NCBI GenBank assembly: GCA_964538065.1 | Contig: CAZIDG010000001.1 | Coordinates: 73,998-137,997 of the forward strand | Direction of reading: 5' to 3' | DNA: 64,000 bases | Origin: an uncultured Verrucomicrobiota bacterium | GTDB taxonomy: Bacteria; Verrucomicrobiota; Verrucomicrobiia; Limisphaerales; UBA1319 | Shown: positions 37,382 to 47,091 of the stretch, piece after piece | How positions within the stretch are numbered: the first letter of the stretch is position 1 | How the letters are laid out: every line of letters starts with the position of its first letter | Made by a program: the position numbers and the translations under genes | The notes under the pieces: generated by a model | Told to the model about the DNA's origin: nothing | The model's input: the letters and a program-made list of their open reading frames with translations, nothing else | Databases searched by the model: none

Positions 37382-38152
37382 ATGAGTTCCGATGTGACAC
37401 AATCCGCGGGCTTTGATGATTTTGTTGCCTGGCTGTTGGTAAATAAAAAAAGAATCATAACCGGCACCACTGTGGTGGCTTCGGCTGCGTTGGTGATTTC
37501 ATTTGTGGTTTATCAAAAGAACCAGCATGAAATCAAAGCCAACGCCGCACTGCTCGGACTGGGCCTGCCACTAGCACAGATTGAAGGTGGTCCCAATGCC
37601 GCTGCATTGACCAAGGTGGCGACTGATTTTGCGGGTACCGCTGCTGCTGAACGGGCTCTGTTGATGGGGGCTGAGGCCCTCTATGGCGAGGGGAAATACA
37701 GCGAGGCCTACACCCAGTTCAAGAAATTCCAGGGTGAATATGGTGGCAGCCGGTTGTATCCCATTGCCACGTATGGTGTGGCTGTCAGTCTTGATGCGCA
37801 AAACAAACAGGACGAAGCCATTACGGCTTATGATGATTTGATCAAGCGGTTTGCCACCGAAAGCGTGGCCGATCAGGCTCGGCTCTCGCTGGCGCGTCTC
37901 TTTGAGGCGAAAAACCAACCTGCAAAGGCCCTCAAGTTGTACGATGAAGTTGTGGGCGGTGCCGGCGGCCGGACAGGGTATGGTTACGAAGCGACCGATC
38001 TTCGGGCGAAATTGCTCGCCAAACATCCTGATTTGGCTCCCGCCACGCCAGTTCCGGCCACGAAGTCGGGCTTTGCGGCATCCACCAATCAGCCCAAGCT
38101 GACTGCTGCCACCAATGCGGCAGCGGGTGCGACGAATGCCGTCAAAAAATAA
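37382..38152 (+). CDS. membrane-anchored TPR protein (YfgM-like architecture)
   Basis: ORF 37295..38152. ATG 37382 gives MSSDVTQSAGFDDFVAWLLVNKKRIITGTTVVASAALVISFVVY (a short cytoplasmic tail plus a TM), followed by TPR-like helices and an Ala/Thr-rich tail. Confidence 0.6.
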   Translation: MSSDVTQSAGFDDFVAWLLVNKKRIITGTTVVASAALVISFVVYQKNQHEIKANAALLGLGLPLAQIEGGPNAAALTKVATDFAGTAAAERALLMGAEALYGEGKYSEAYTQFKKFQGEYGGSRLYPIATYGVAVSLDAQNKQDEAITAYDDLIKRFATESVADQARLSLARLFEAKNQPAKALKLYDEVVGGAGGRTGYGYEATDLRAKLLAKHPDLAPATPVPATKSGFAASTNQPKLTAATNAAAGATNAVKK

Positions 38153-38161
38153 TTCCCGAAC

Positions 38162-39451
38162 GTGAAGATTGCGATCATTGGCACAGGTTATGTCGGGTTG
38201 GTGACCGGCACCTGCTTTGCAGAGATAGGGCATCAGGTCATTTGCATCGACTGTGATGCTGGGAAAGTGGAGCAGCTTCAGTCAGGGTTCATGCCCATCT
38301 ATGAACCGGGCTTGGAGGAGTTGGTGAAGAAAAACACCACTGCCGGACGCCTCCGTTTCACCACCAGCACCAAGGAAGGGGTCGAACAATCCCAGGTCAT
38401 TTTCATTGCCGTTCCAACGCCGCCGCTTCCCGATGGCAGCGTTGATTTGAGCTTCATGGAAGGAGTGGCTCGGGAAATTGCCGCCGCCATGACCAGCTAC
38501 AAGATCGTGGTGGACAAAAGCACGGTCCCTGTGAAGACAGGCGAGAAGGTGGCTGAGACCATCAAGCGCTACTGCAAGGCCAAGGTGGATGTGGATGTGG
38601 TGAGCAATCCGGAGTTCCTGCGCGAGGGTTCCGCTGTTGAGGATTTCCTGCATCCGGATCGTATTGTGGTGGGGGTGGCCTCACCGCGGCCGGTCCCTGC
38701 CATGAAGGAGCTCTATGCGCCCTTGAAAACGCCGGTCATCGTGACCGACATCAATTCGGCCGAGCTGATCAAGCACGCAGCCAATTCGTTTTTGGCGCTC
38801 AAGATTTCCTATATCAACGCGCTCTCGGTGATTTGCGAAGCCTCCAAGGCTAATGTCCAGGAGGTGGCCAATGGCATCGGCATGGATGTCCGCATCGGAC
38901 GACAGTTTCTTGATGCCTCACTGGGATTTGGTGGAAGTTGTTTTCCCAAGGACCTGAGTGCGTTCATCAAAATTTCCGAGCAGTTGGGGTATGATTTTGC
39001 ATTGCTGCGCGAGGTTCAAAAGATCAATGCCCAGCAGATGGAGCGCTTTGTTAAGAAGATCATCGAAACGCTTTGGGTGTTGAAAGACAAGACCATCGGC
39101 GTGCTGGGGCTCGCGTTCAAACAGAACACGGATGATGTGCGCATGTCACCCGCCATATCGCTCTGCCATCGACTGCAACAGGAGGGGGCCCACCTGCGCG
39201 TTTACGATCCCAAGGCCATGGAAAAAGCCAAGGCCCTGCTCAAGGATGTCGTTTATGTTGATGACATGAACAAGGTCGCCGATGGGTGCGACGCCCTGGT
39301 CATCGCTACGGAGTGGCCGGAATTCAAGCAGTTGGATCTTGAATACGCCCGCCGCGTATTGACACACCCCATCCTTTTCGATGGCCGCAATCTCTTTGAT
39401 GCCCAGCACATGGAGCAACTCGGCTTCATTTATAAAGGCATTGGCCGGTAA
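38162..39451 (+). CDS. ugd: UDP-glucose 6-dehydrogenase
   Basis: GTG start. NAD fold IAIIGTGYVGLVTG and catalytic-Cys motif GFGGSCFPKD. 429 aa. Confidence 0.9.
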   Translation: MKIAIIGTGYVGLVTGTCFAEIGHQVICIDCDAGKVEQLQSGFMPIYEPGLEELVKKNTTAGRLRFTTSTKEGVEQSQVIFIAVPTPPLPDGSVDLSFMEGVAREIAAAMTSYKIVVDKSTVPVKTGEKVAETIKRYCKAKVDVDVVSNPEFLREGSAVEDFLHPDRIVVGVASPRPVPAMKELYAPLKTPVIVTDINSAELIKHAANSFLALKISYINALSVICEASKANVQEVANGIGMDVRIGRQFLDASLGFGGSCFPKDLSAFIKISEQLGYDFALLREVQKINAQQMERFVKKIIETLWVLKDKTIGVLGLAFKQNTDDVRMSPAISLCHRLQQEGAHLRVYDPKAMEKAKALLKDVVYVDDMNKVADGCDALVIATEWPEFKQLDLEYARRVLTHPILFDGRNLFDAQHMEQLGFIYKGIGR

Positions 39452-39879
39452 TGGCCTTTGCGGACGGGGTTCCCATGAAGATCATTGAAGTGGCCGCCGG
39501 GCTTGTTTTTCGTGGCGGACGGCTTCTGATCACCCAGCGCCAGGCTGGCGATCACCTCGGTGGTTACTGGGAATTTCCAGGGGGCAAAAGAGAGCCGCAG
39601 GAGGACTATCCCACGTGTCTGGCGCGGGAATTGCGCGAGGAACTGGGTATTCAAGTCGAGGTGGGCCGATTGCTGGCGGAGGTGGATCATCCATATCCGG
39701 ATCGCATCATTCACTTGAAGTTTTTCCGGTGCACCCTTCTCGCCGGGGAGCCTCAGACCATTGATTGCCAGGCGGTGGCATGGGTTGAGCCTCCGGATTT
39801 GCAGCGTTATACTTTCCCCCCTGCAGACGCGAGTCTTCTCGATCAATTGGTGGCCTCGCCTGAACTGTGGCGGGATTGA
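39451..39879 (+). CDS. mutT: Nudix hydrolase, MutT-like (8-oxo-dGTP diphosphatase-like)
   Basis: The ATG shares a base with the ugd stop (TAATG). Nudix box GGKREPQEDYPTCLARELREELGI and YWEFPGG as in MutT. Confidence 0.8.
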   Translation: MAFADGVPMKIIEVAAGLVFRGGRLLITQRQAGDHLGGYWEFPGGKREPQEDYPTCLARELREELGIQVEVGRLLAEVDHPYPDRIIHLKFFRCTLLAGEPQTIDCQAVAWVEPPDLQRYTFPPADASLLDQLVASPELWRD

Positions 39880-39893
39880 GAGGAAGTGGTGTG

Positions 39894-40475
39894 ATGCCGG
39901 ATCCCGCACAAGTGTACGCCAAAGCCCGTCAATGCACGGTTTGTGCGTCCGCCCTGGGCCATGCCCCCCGGCCCGTGTTTCGTGCCTCGCCTTCCGCGCG
40001 TTTGCTCATAGTCGGCCAGGCCCCCGGCCGCAAAGTTCATGAAACAGGCCTTCCTTGGAATGACCTTTCTGGCGACCGCCTGCGCGCCTGGCTCAACATG
40101 AGCCGGGAGACCTTTTACGACGAGAGCCGCATCGCGATCATACCCATTGGCCTGTGCTATCCAGGGAAGGGGCCAGGGGGGGATCTCCCGCCACGTCCCG
40201 AATGTGCTCCACTGTGGCATCCTGTGCTTCGAGCTACTCTTCCCAACATTCAACTGACGCTGCTGATTGGCGGGTACGCCCAGGCGTTTTATTTGACGGA
40301 ACGACAGGGAAGGACCTTGGCGGACACAGTGCAACGGGGCGCCCAATACCTGCCCGAATATTTCCCGTTGCCTCATCCCAGTCCGCGCAACTTGCGATGG
40401 TTCCAAACTCATCCCTGGTTTGAAAACGAAGTCATACCGCGTTTGCGACAGTGCGTGGCACGGATACTCGGTTAA
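39894..40475 (+). CDS. uracil-DNA glycosylase superfamily protein
   Basis: Motif A LLIVGQAPG and motif B LPHPSPRN. ATG 39894 is preceded by GAGGAAG. The ORF-track start 39867 overlaps mutT. Confidence 0.75.
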   Translation: MPDPAQVYAKARQCTVCASALGHAPRPVFRASPSARLLIVGQAPGRKVHETGLPWNDLSGDRLRAWLNMSRETFYDESRIAIIPIGLCYPGKGPGGDLPPRPECAPLWHPVLRATLPNIQLTLLIGGYAQAFYLTERQGRTLADTVQRGAQYLPEYFPLPHPSPRNLRWFQTHPWFENEVIPRLRQCVARILG

Positions 40476-40483
40476 GAGATGGC

Positions 40484-41020
40484 CTATTGGGCCTTTAAAG
40501 CGGTGATGGCCTGTTTCATCTCCTCCAGATGGACGGCGGCCGATGGATTGTCTGTGATGGCACGGATGATCCCGTTTTTATCAATAAGAAAACTAATCCG
40601 TCGTGCCATGTCCTGATCAGGCGCCCTGCGGGCCGAAAAGGCATCGGCAATCTTTCCATTCGTATCGCTGATCAGTGTGAAATTGAGATGGTGTTTCTGT
40701 TTAAACTTTTGATGGCTATCCCTGGAGTCAAAGCTGACGCCTGCAACTTCGACATCTTTGCTCTTCAAGTCATCCATTGTGTCGCGCAATCCACAGGCCT
40801 GTGCTGTGCATCCGGGGGTGTCGTCCTTGGGATAGAAATAGAGCAGGACAGCTTTTCTGGATGCATAATCGGACAAACGCCACACATTGCCATCCTGGTC
40901 AATGCCTTCCACCTGGGGGGCTTTGTCTCCCTTTTGAAGTGGCGATGAGGTCGGTTCGGCCAACAGGATCATCGTTGTCGCACAAAGCATCGACACGATA
41001 TGAAATGGAGTTGAGAACAT
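40484..41020 (-). CDS. bcp: exported peroxiredoxin (Bcp/AhpC-TSA family)
   Basis: Active site FYPKDDTPGCTAQAC. N-terminal hydrophobic MFSTPFHIVSMLCATTMILLA suggests a signal peptide. An alternative start is ATG 41056. Confidence 0.85.
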   Translation of the reverse strand: MFSTPFHIVSMLCATTMILLAEPTSSPLQKGDKAPQVEGIDQDGNVWRLSDYASRKAVLLYFYPKDDTPGCTAQACGLRDTMDDLKSKDVEVAGVSFDSRDSHQKFKQKHHLNFTLISDTNGKIADAFSARRAPDQDMARRISFLIDKNGIIRAITDNPSAAVHLEEMKQAITALKAQ

Positions 41021-41035
41021 AACATTTTTCGCTGT

Positions 41036-41069
41036 ATTAAAAAGACCGCCTCGCATCTCACGAGACGGT
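41036..41069 (-). terminator. terminator-like hairpin immediately upstream of the bcp start
   Basis: Minus strand reads ACCGUCUCG UGAGAUG CGAGGCGGU (a 9-bp stem with one G-U pair) followed by CUUUUUAAU. The alternative ATG 41056 sits in the loop. Confidence 0.4.
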
Positions 41070-41250
41070 ATTTTTGGTCAGTGCCAGATTACTCTGACCC
41101 GGGCCTCAAATCGTGCGCGCCATCAGGCTTATGACGCACCTTTTGATGGATGTTGTGGAATCGTTCTGCAACGTCCCTTGCCCACCCTTGACGATTCGGT
41201 TGAACAGAGCCTTCACCAACGCCCCCGTCTCTGCATTCATCAACATGAGA

Positions 41251-41279
41251 ACATTAACTCAGCTTCTGAAGAGTGTCAA
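41251..41279 (-). promoter_or_regulatory. candidate sigma70-like promoter for the bcp leader
   Basis: Minus strand reads TTGACA (41279-41274), a 17-nt spacer, then TAATGT (41256-41251). It begins 5 nt after the stop of the upstream TPR gene. Confidence 0.35.
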
Positions 41280-41284
41280 TTTGA

Positions 41285-43990
41285 CTAAAGCTTTTTGCGG
41301 GCCGCTTCGATCTTTTTATCCAGCGAAGCCTTCAAGTTGGGCATGATCTTGCCGAGTCGCTCACAGACTCCAATCATTTCATTCCACCGGCTCTGTGCTT
41401 CCAATAACCGGATGGCTTCCATCCCTGAACGTGCCACCCAGAAGGCGTCCGCCGTCTCGCCAGGTTGGAGGTTTTTTTCCAGAAAGACATCGAGATAGAG
41501 ATCCAGAGCGCGCGCAACATTGGTGGACTGCTGGTTTTGAGGCATGAGCTTGGCGAGGCCTTCCTGCACGATGGCGAGCCCGACCTGTGCCTGGCTGCGT
41601 TCGGAAATGTGGGCCACAGTATTGCTGTCCACCACCTTTTGATAAAACTGAAGGGCGTTGGTGTAGCGGCCCGGATCCTGTGTCGCCAATTGAAGATGGC
41701 AATCGGCAATGCGCCCCCAGGCATGCGGCGCCAGCACGTTGGTGTCCGGAATGCGGCCAAAAATGACAATGGCCTCGCCAAATTTCTTGAGGGCATTGGT
41801 GGTGTCGGTCGAGGGCATGGCTGCATAGGTATCCCCCAAGGCAAAATAGACGGAAGGGAGCATCTCCACAGGGGCATTGCTGGTGTTGTTCAGCAGGTTG
41901 ATGAGGGAGACGAAGTAATTCGTGGCATCGGAGAATCCCTGGCGGCTGAACGCGGCGCGCCCCGCCCAGAAACGGGCTCGATACGCAAGGTCACCTCCCG
42001 GCCAGTTCGTGTTCTGATACAGGATCTGGTAATTGCGCTCGGCCTCCGCAAATTGGCCGATGTTATAGAAGTGGTTGGCCACCGCGTTTTGGGCCAGCGG
42101 GGCAAGGGACGACTTTTCGAAGCGCGTGACGAAGTTCGTGTAGAGTTGAATTGACCGGCCCACATCCCCTGTTTTTTCGACCACCCAGGCCCGGTCATAC
42201 TCGACCTGAGGCAGTTGAGGGTGGTTGGTGTATTGGAGGATCCATGCGTCCATTTGAGTCAGGGCCTCCTGCCATTTGGATTCCAACACCCAGCTTTGGG
42301 CCAGGGCAATGCGGGCTTCGGGCAACAACCCGGAGTTGGGGTGTTTCTGTATCAGATCATTGAGCAAACCGCGTGCTTCAGCAGGACGGCCATTGTGATT
42401 CAGTGTCTGGCCCACCAAAAGCAGGGCTTGATCCACGTAGGCACCCTGGGCGTGCTGGGTTGTCAGGGACCCAAGTGCGGTTAAGGCACTGGGGAGGTCT
42501 GACAACTCGAGGCTGGACCGGATCAATTGGTAGTAATTGCGTTCGATCCAACCGGGTGCAAGACCGGTGAGGTTGGTGCTTTGGACCAGGGCGAGCGAAT
42601 AATTGGTCCGTGAACCTGCATAATCCTTCAGCTCGAACAGGGCGTCGGCCCTTTTCGACAGGGCGATCACCTGGTTGGTGCCTGGTTCAACCTGGCTTGC
42701 AGCCTTTGCAAAAGCCTCGGCGCTTTCAGCAAAGTGTCCACTTTCCCAGAAACACCACCCGCGGTTGAGTTGGGCAAGCCCCGAGAAGCGGCCTAGAGGT
42801 GCATTGGTAACCAGCGTGTCGAACATCGTTTGGGCCTTGAGAAGCGCTGCCTGGGCCGCTGCCAGGTTTTCCTGCCGATTGGTGCTGGCGGCAGCCTCCT
42901 TTTGTTGGAAATACTCCTTCAAATGCAATTCGCCCACGGCCAGCATGACCTGCTGTTTGTCCGTGTCGGAGGGTTGTTGTTCCAAAAACTGTTCGAGATT
43001 CTTGATGGCATCAGCCCGGTGCCCGGTCAGTTGGTGCCACTCTGCCAGTTTCAGCAAGGCCTGGCGACGCTGTTGAGGGGGAAGGGAGGCCAGGTTTTGT
43101 TCATACACCTGGATGGCCGATGCATGCTGGCCCAGCGCTTCGAATATTTGTCCCTGCAGCATCGCGGTATCCGATTGGCAGGCCGGCGAAGCAGTGGCCA
43201 GGGCGGCCTGAACCAGATTGGTCATGTTTTTGGATGCCTCATCAGCGTTGTTTTGAGCCAGCCACATCTTGGCAAGGAGGTACTGGCGCTGCCAGTTGAG
43301 GAGGGGGGGCAGGGGACGATCCTGCAAGGCATTGAGGGTGGTCTGGGCCTTGGCTTGATCATTCAAGGCTAGACAGGCTTCGGCCAGCAATATCTGGCCG
43401 CGAAAGACATACTCATCGTTGGGCTGGGCTTGCCCCACCTTGAAGAGAATGCTGTTGGTGTTGCTCAATAAATCGACGGTGCTTTTGGCGTTGCCCGATC
43501 GAAATCTCGACAAGGCTTCTCCGTAGCTGGCCTGGGAACGCAAGGACGAATCGGGATAGTCCTTGAGCAATTGCTCGTATGAACTTGCGGCGGAGGAATA
43601 ATCTCCCTGCGCAAATTGTGCTTCCGCAATCCAGTACCGGAACTGGTCAGCCTGTTTGCCTGCAGAACCGAATTGTGTGGTGAGCAGCGCGACCACGTTG
43701 CCATGCTGGCCCAATTTGAAACGTGCCTGCGCCTGCAACAGCAATGCCTGCGATAAACGTTCCGACTTCGGAAAGGCCTTGACCCACTCGCCTAAATCCT
43801 TGTCCGCCTTCTCGAACAGGTTTTCCTGAAAGGCGCGCGAGGCGGCGTTGAAGGCGATCTCCTCCGGCGTTTGTGCCAGAATGGCTTGGGCAAGAAAGAC
43901 CCAGGCGATGAGCCAGAGGCACCGCCAGTTCGTGTGCTGGAATAAGGTCCGCACCCACTGATGTCTAGGTTCCCACTTCCTTTTTTTCAT
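41285..43990 (-). CDS. large secreted tetratricopeptide-repeat protein
   Basis: 901 aa. Signal peptide (WRCLWLIAWVFLAQAILA), then TPR-like helical pairs throughout (repeated A..Y/F......P.....A patterns). Confidence 0.8.
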   Translation of the reverse strand: MKKRKWEPRHQWVRTLFQHTNWRCLWLIAWVFLAQAILAQTPEEIAFNAASRAFQENLFEKADKDLGEWVKAFPKSERLSQALLLQAQARFKLGQHGNVVALLTTQFGSAGKQADQFRYWIAEAQFAQGDYSSAASSYEQLLKDYPDSSLRSQASYGEALSRFRSGNAKSTVDLLSNTNSILFKVGQAQPNDEYVFRGQILLAEACLALNDQAKAQTTLNALQDRPLPPLLNWQRQYLLAKMWLAQNNADEASKNMTNLVQAALATASPACQSDTAMLQGQIFEALGQHASAIQVYEQNLASLPPQQRRQALLKLAEWHQLTGHRADAIKNLEQFLEQQPSDTDKQQVMLAVGELHLKEYFQQKEAAASTNRQENLAAAQAALLKAQTMFDTLVTNAPLGRFSGLAQLNRGWCFWESGHFAESAEAFAKAASQVEPGTNQVIALSKRADALFELKDYAGSRTNYSLALVQSTNLTGLAPGWIERNYYQLIRSSLELSDLPSALTALGSLTTQHAQGAYVDQALLLVGQTLNHNGRPAEARGLLNDLIQKHPNSGLLPEARIALAQSWVLESKWQEALTQMDAWILQYTNHPQLPQVEYDRAWVVEKTGDVGRSIQLYTNFVTRFEKSSLAPLAQNAVANHFYNIGQFAEAERNYQILYQNTNWPGGDLAYRARFWAGRAAFSRQGFSDATNYFVSLINLLNNTSNAPVEMLPSVYFALGDTYAAMPSTDTTNALKKFGEAIVIFGRIPDTNVLAPHAWGRIADCHLQLATQDPGRYTNALQFYQKVVDSNTVAHISERSQAQVGLAIVQEGLAKLMPQNQQSTNVARALDLYLDVFLEKNLQPGETADAFWVARSGMEAIRLLEAQSRWNEMIGVCERLGKIMPNLKASLDKKIEAARKKL

Positions 43991-46910
43991 GGCTTGCCAG
44001 TAAACGCTTTAGAAAATGACCTGTGTGGCTGTTTTCGCATTCCGCCACCACTTCGGGGGGGCCTTCCACGATGATCCGCCCGCCCGCATCGCCGCCTTCA
44101 GGACCCATATCAATGATCCAATCGGCGCATTTAATCACATCCAGGTTATGTTCAATAACCAGGAGAGTATTCCCCGCATTTCGAAGTTTGAAAAGCACTT
44201 CCAACAGCTTGGCAACATCATGGAAATGCAGCCCCGTGGTGGGCTCATCCAGGATGTACAAGGTGCGGCCGGTGGATTTGCGGCTCAGCTCGGCGGCGAG
44301 TTTGATGCGCTGGGCCTCGCCACCGCTGAGGGTGGTGGCTGCCTGACCCAGACCAATGTATCCCAACCCCACTTCCGCCAGCGTAAGACAGACATCATGG
44401 ATGCTGGGAACCGCGCGGAAGAAATCGACGGCTTCGTCCACGGTCATGGCAAGCACATCGGCGATATTCTTGCCTTTATAGGTAATCTCCAGTGTTTCCC
44501 GGTTGTAACGCTGGCCATTACAGGATTCGCAGAGCACGTAGACAGGGGGTAAAAAGTGCATCTCCACCTTGAGCATGCCGTCCCCTTGGCACTTTTCGCA
44601 ACGTCCTCCCTTGACGTTGAACGAGAAACGGCTGGCCCCGAAACCGCGCACCTTGGCGGCTGGTAATTTGGCGAACACATCCCGAATGTGGTTGAATACG
44701 CCGGTGTACGTGGCTGGATTGCTCCGGGGTGTGCGGCCAATCGGGGTTTGATCAATGACGATGACTTTATCCAATACTTCTGCGCCCCGAATCTCCCGAT
44801 GTGCTCCCGGGCGCTCCTTGGAACCGTACCACTGGCGGAACAAGGCTCGTCGGAGGGTGTCGTCAACCAAGGTGCTTTTGCCTGAACCACTTACACCGGT
44901 GACGCATGTCAGGGCGCCCAAAGGGATTCTGGCATCGATGTCCTTTAAATTGTTTTCCGAGGCCCCCAGAATCTCAAGCCAGCCTTTTTCCTTTGACGGT
45001 TTATTTCGGCGTCGAGGCACCGGAATGCTCAAATCACCGCGCAGGTATTGGGCCGTTAATGAGCGTTCATGGGTCAGTAATTCCGGTAAGGTGCCGGCCG
45101 CGACCAGTTCGCCCCCCTGAACTCCCGCGCCAGGACCCAAATCAATGATGTAATCGGCACTCCGGATGGTGTCTTCGTCATGTTCGACCACAAGGACGGA
45201 GTTGCCCAGATCGCGCAACGATTTAAGCACTTCAAGCAGACGTTCGTTGTCCCGCTGGTGCAAGCCGATGCTCGGTTCATCCAGGATGTAGAGCACCCCC
45301 ACAAGACCCGCGCCGATCTGAGTGGCCAGCCGGATGCGTTGCGCTTCACCACCGCTCAAGGTGCCGCTTTCCCGGTTCAATGTGAGGTAGCCCAGCCCTA
45401 CATTGTCGAGAAAATGCAGGCGGGAGCGGATTTCAGCGATGATTTCGGCGGCGATTTTACGCTGGAACTCCGTCAGTTTGAGATTGTCGAAGAAATGGGC
45501 GGCCTTCTCAATGCTCAAGGAACAGACATCCATGATCGACAACCCCGGGGCCACACGTTTTACAGTCACGTTGCCAGACGGCAGAAAGGCTTCAGCCTCG
45601 CGTCCGCCAAGGGTGACGGCAAGGATTTCGGGCTTCAACCGCTGGCTGCCACAGGCATCGCAGGCGTGTGGGCTCATGAATGACTTGAGCCGGTTTTTGG
45701 TGAATTCACTGTCCGACTCCATGTAAAGACGCTGCAGATTGGGCAGCACACCCTCGAAGGGACGCTTGAGCGTGCTCATCTTGCCCGCGCGCCAGAAATG
45801 GAATTCGATTTCCTCCTCGCCGCTTCCATGAAGGAGAATCCGTTTAAAATCATCCGGCAATTCGTTGTAGGGCTTTTCGAGACTCTGGCCGAAATGCGAG
45901 GCCACACCGCGGAGCATCATTTTGTAATAAACGATCATCCTCTTGCCGCCCCGTCGCCAGGGGAGGATGGCGCCGTCATCCAGCGACTTGGAGGGATCAG
46001 GAACAACGAGGCTTTCGTCAAAGACAAGTTTTTGTCCCAGGCCGTGGCAAACCCGGCAGGCCCCTTGAGGGGCATTGAAGGAAAAATGCTTGGGCGTCAG
46101 CGGTTCATAGCTCAATCCCGTGGCCGGACTGTAATAGCGGTTGGAGAAAAAGAGTTCCGTCCAGGGTTGTTCCGTGGCTCCCGGAGGTTGATGGAGCACC
46201 CGCATGGTGCCTTCACCCCAGTTGAGGGCTATTTCCACTGAATCCCCCAAGCGAACCCGGATCTTGTCATCAATGACCAATCGATCCACCACGGCATCAA
46301 TGTTATGCGATTTTTTGGGATCCAGTTTAATACGGACGTCCTGGCCCAATTCGAACAGTTCCCCATCTATTCTGGCGCGAACGAACCCCTCTCGGCTCAG
46401 GTGTTCAATCACATCCCGAAATTCACCTTTCTGCGCTTTCACCACCGGGGCCAGCAACATGATCCGGCTGCGAGAAGGAAGTTGGAGGATTTGATCGACG
46501 ATTTCGGATGTGCTTTGACGGCTGATAGGCTGGCCGCTGACGGGACAGTGGGGTTGTCCTACATGTGCGAACAGAAGTCGCAGGTAGTCATAGACTTCGG
46601 TGGTGGTGGCAATGATGGAACGTGGATTGGCACCCGAGCTGCGCTGTTCAATGGCTATGGTCGGCGAAAGTCCCTCAATATAATCCACATCCGGCTTTTG
46701 AAGTTGATCCAGAAACTGCCGTGCATACGCAGAGAGGGATTCCACATACTTGCGCTGGCCTTCGGCAAACAAGGTGTCAAATGCCAGGGATGATTTGCCC
46801 GAACCACTTAATCCGGTGATCACCACAAACTTGTCACGGGGAATGGTCAGCGTCAGGTTTTTTAAGTTATGCTGCCTGGCGCCAACAATCCGTATGAATT
46901 CTTTTGCCAT
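43965..46910 (-). CDS. uvrA: excinuclease ABC subunit A
   Basis: Two ABC modules (Walker A GLSGSGKSSL and GVSGSGKSTL; signatures LSGGEAQRI twice) and zinc-finger CxxC pairs. ATG 46910 gives MAKEFIRIVGARQHNLKNL. The ORF-track start 46919 is TTG. Confidence 0.95.
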   Translation of the reverse strand: MAKEFIRIVGARQHNLKNLTLTIPRDKFVVITGLSGSGKSSLAFDTLFAEGQRKYVESLSAYARQFLDQLQKPDVDYIEGLSPTIAIEQRSSGANPRSIIATTTEVYDYLRLLFAHVGQPHCPVSGQPISRQSTSEIVDQILQLPSRSRIMLLAPVVKAQKGEFRDVIEHLSREGFVRARIDGELFELGQDVRIKLDPKKSHNIDAVVDRLVIDDKIRVRLGDSVEIALNWGEGTMRVLHQPPGATEQPWTELFFSNRYYSPATGLSYEPLTPKHFSFNAPQGACRVCHGLGQKLVFDESLVVPDPSKSLDDGAILPWRRGGKRMIVYYKMMLRGVASHFGQSLEKPYNELPDDFKRILLHGSGEEEIEFHFWRAGKMSTLKRPFEGVLPNLQRLYMESDSEFTKNRLKSFMSPHACDACGSQRLKPEILAVTLGGREAEAFLPSGNVTVKRVAPGLSIMDVCSLSIEKAAHFFDNLKLTEFQRKIAAEIIAEIRSRLHFLDNVGLGYLTLNRESGTLSGGEAQRIRLATQIGAGLVGVLYILDEPSIGLHQRDNERLLEVLKSLRDLGNSVLVVEHDEDTIRSADYIIDLGPGAGVQGGELVAAGTLPELLTHERSLTAQYLRGDLSIPVPRRRNKPSKEKGWLEILGASENNLKDIDARIPLGALTCVTGVSGSGKSTLVDDTLRRALFRQWYGSKERPGAHREIRGAEVLDKVIVIDQTPIGRTPRSNPATYTGVFNHIRDVFAKLPAAKVRGFGASRFSFNVKGGRCEKCQGDGMLKVEMHFLPPVYVLCESCNGQRYNRETLEITYKGKNIADVLAMTVDEAVDFFRAVPSIHDVCLTLAEVGLGYIGLGQAATTLSGGEAQRIKLAAELSRKSTGRTLYILDEPTTGLHFHDVAKLLEVLFKLRNAGNTLLVIEHNLDVIKCADWIIDMGPEGGDAGGRIIVEGPPEVVAECENSHTGHFLKRLLASHEKKEVGT

Positions 46911-47091
46911 GTCTGACAATTGCTTGATTCAGCAAGCCCACCACTTAAACACAAACGGGGGGCAATGCAAAGCCTCTTTCGCATGGGTTATTTGCTTGGA
47001 ACCCGCCCGATTTGAGCTTAGCTATGGGATGCGCGGAAAGGTTGATGGATGGCTTACGTCCCCCCGCTGCTAAACCGTGTGCGCAAGCGCC

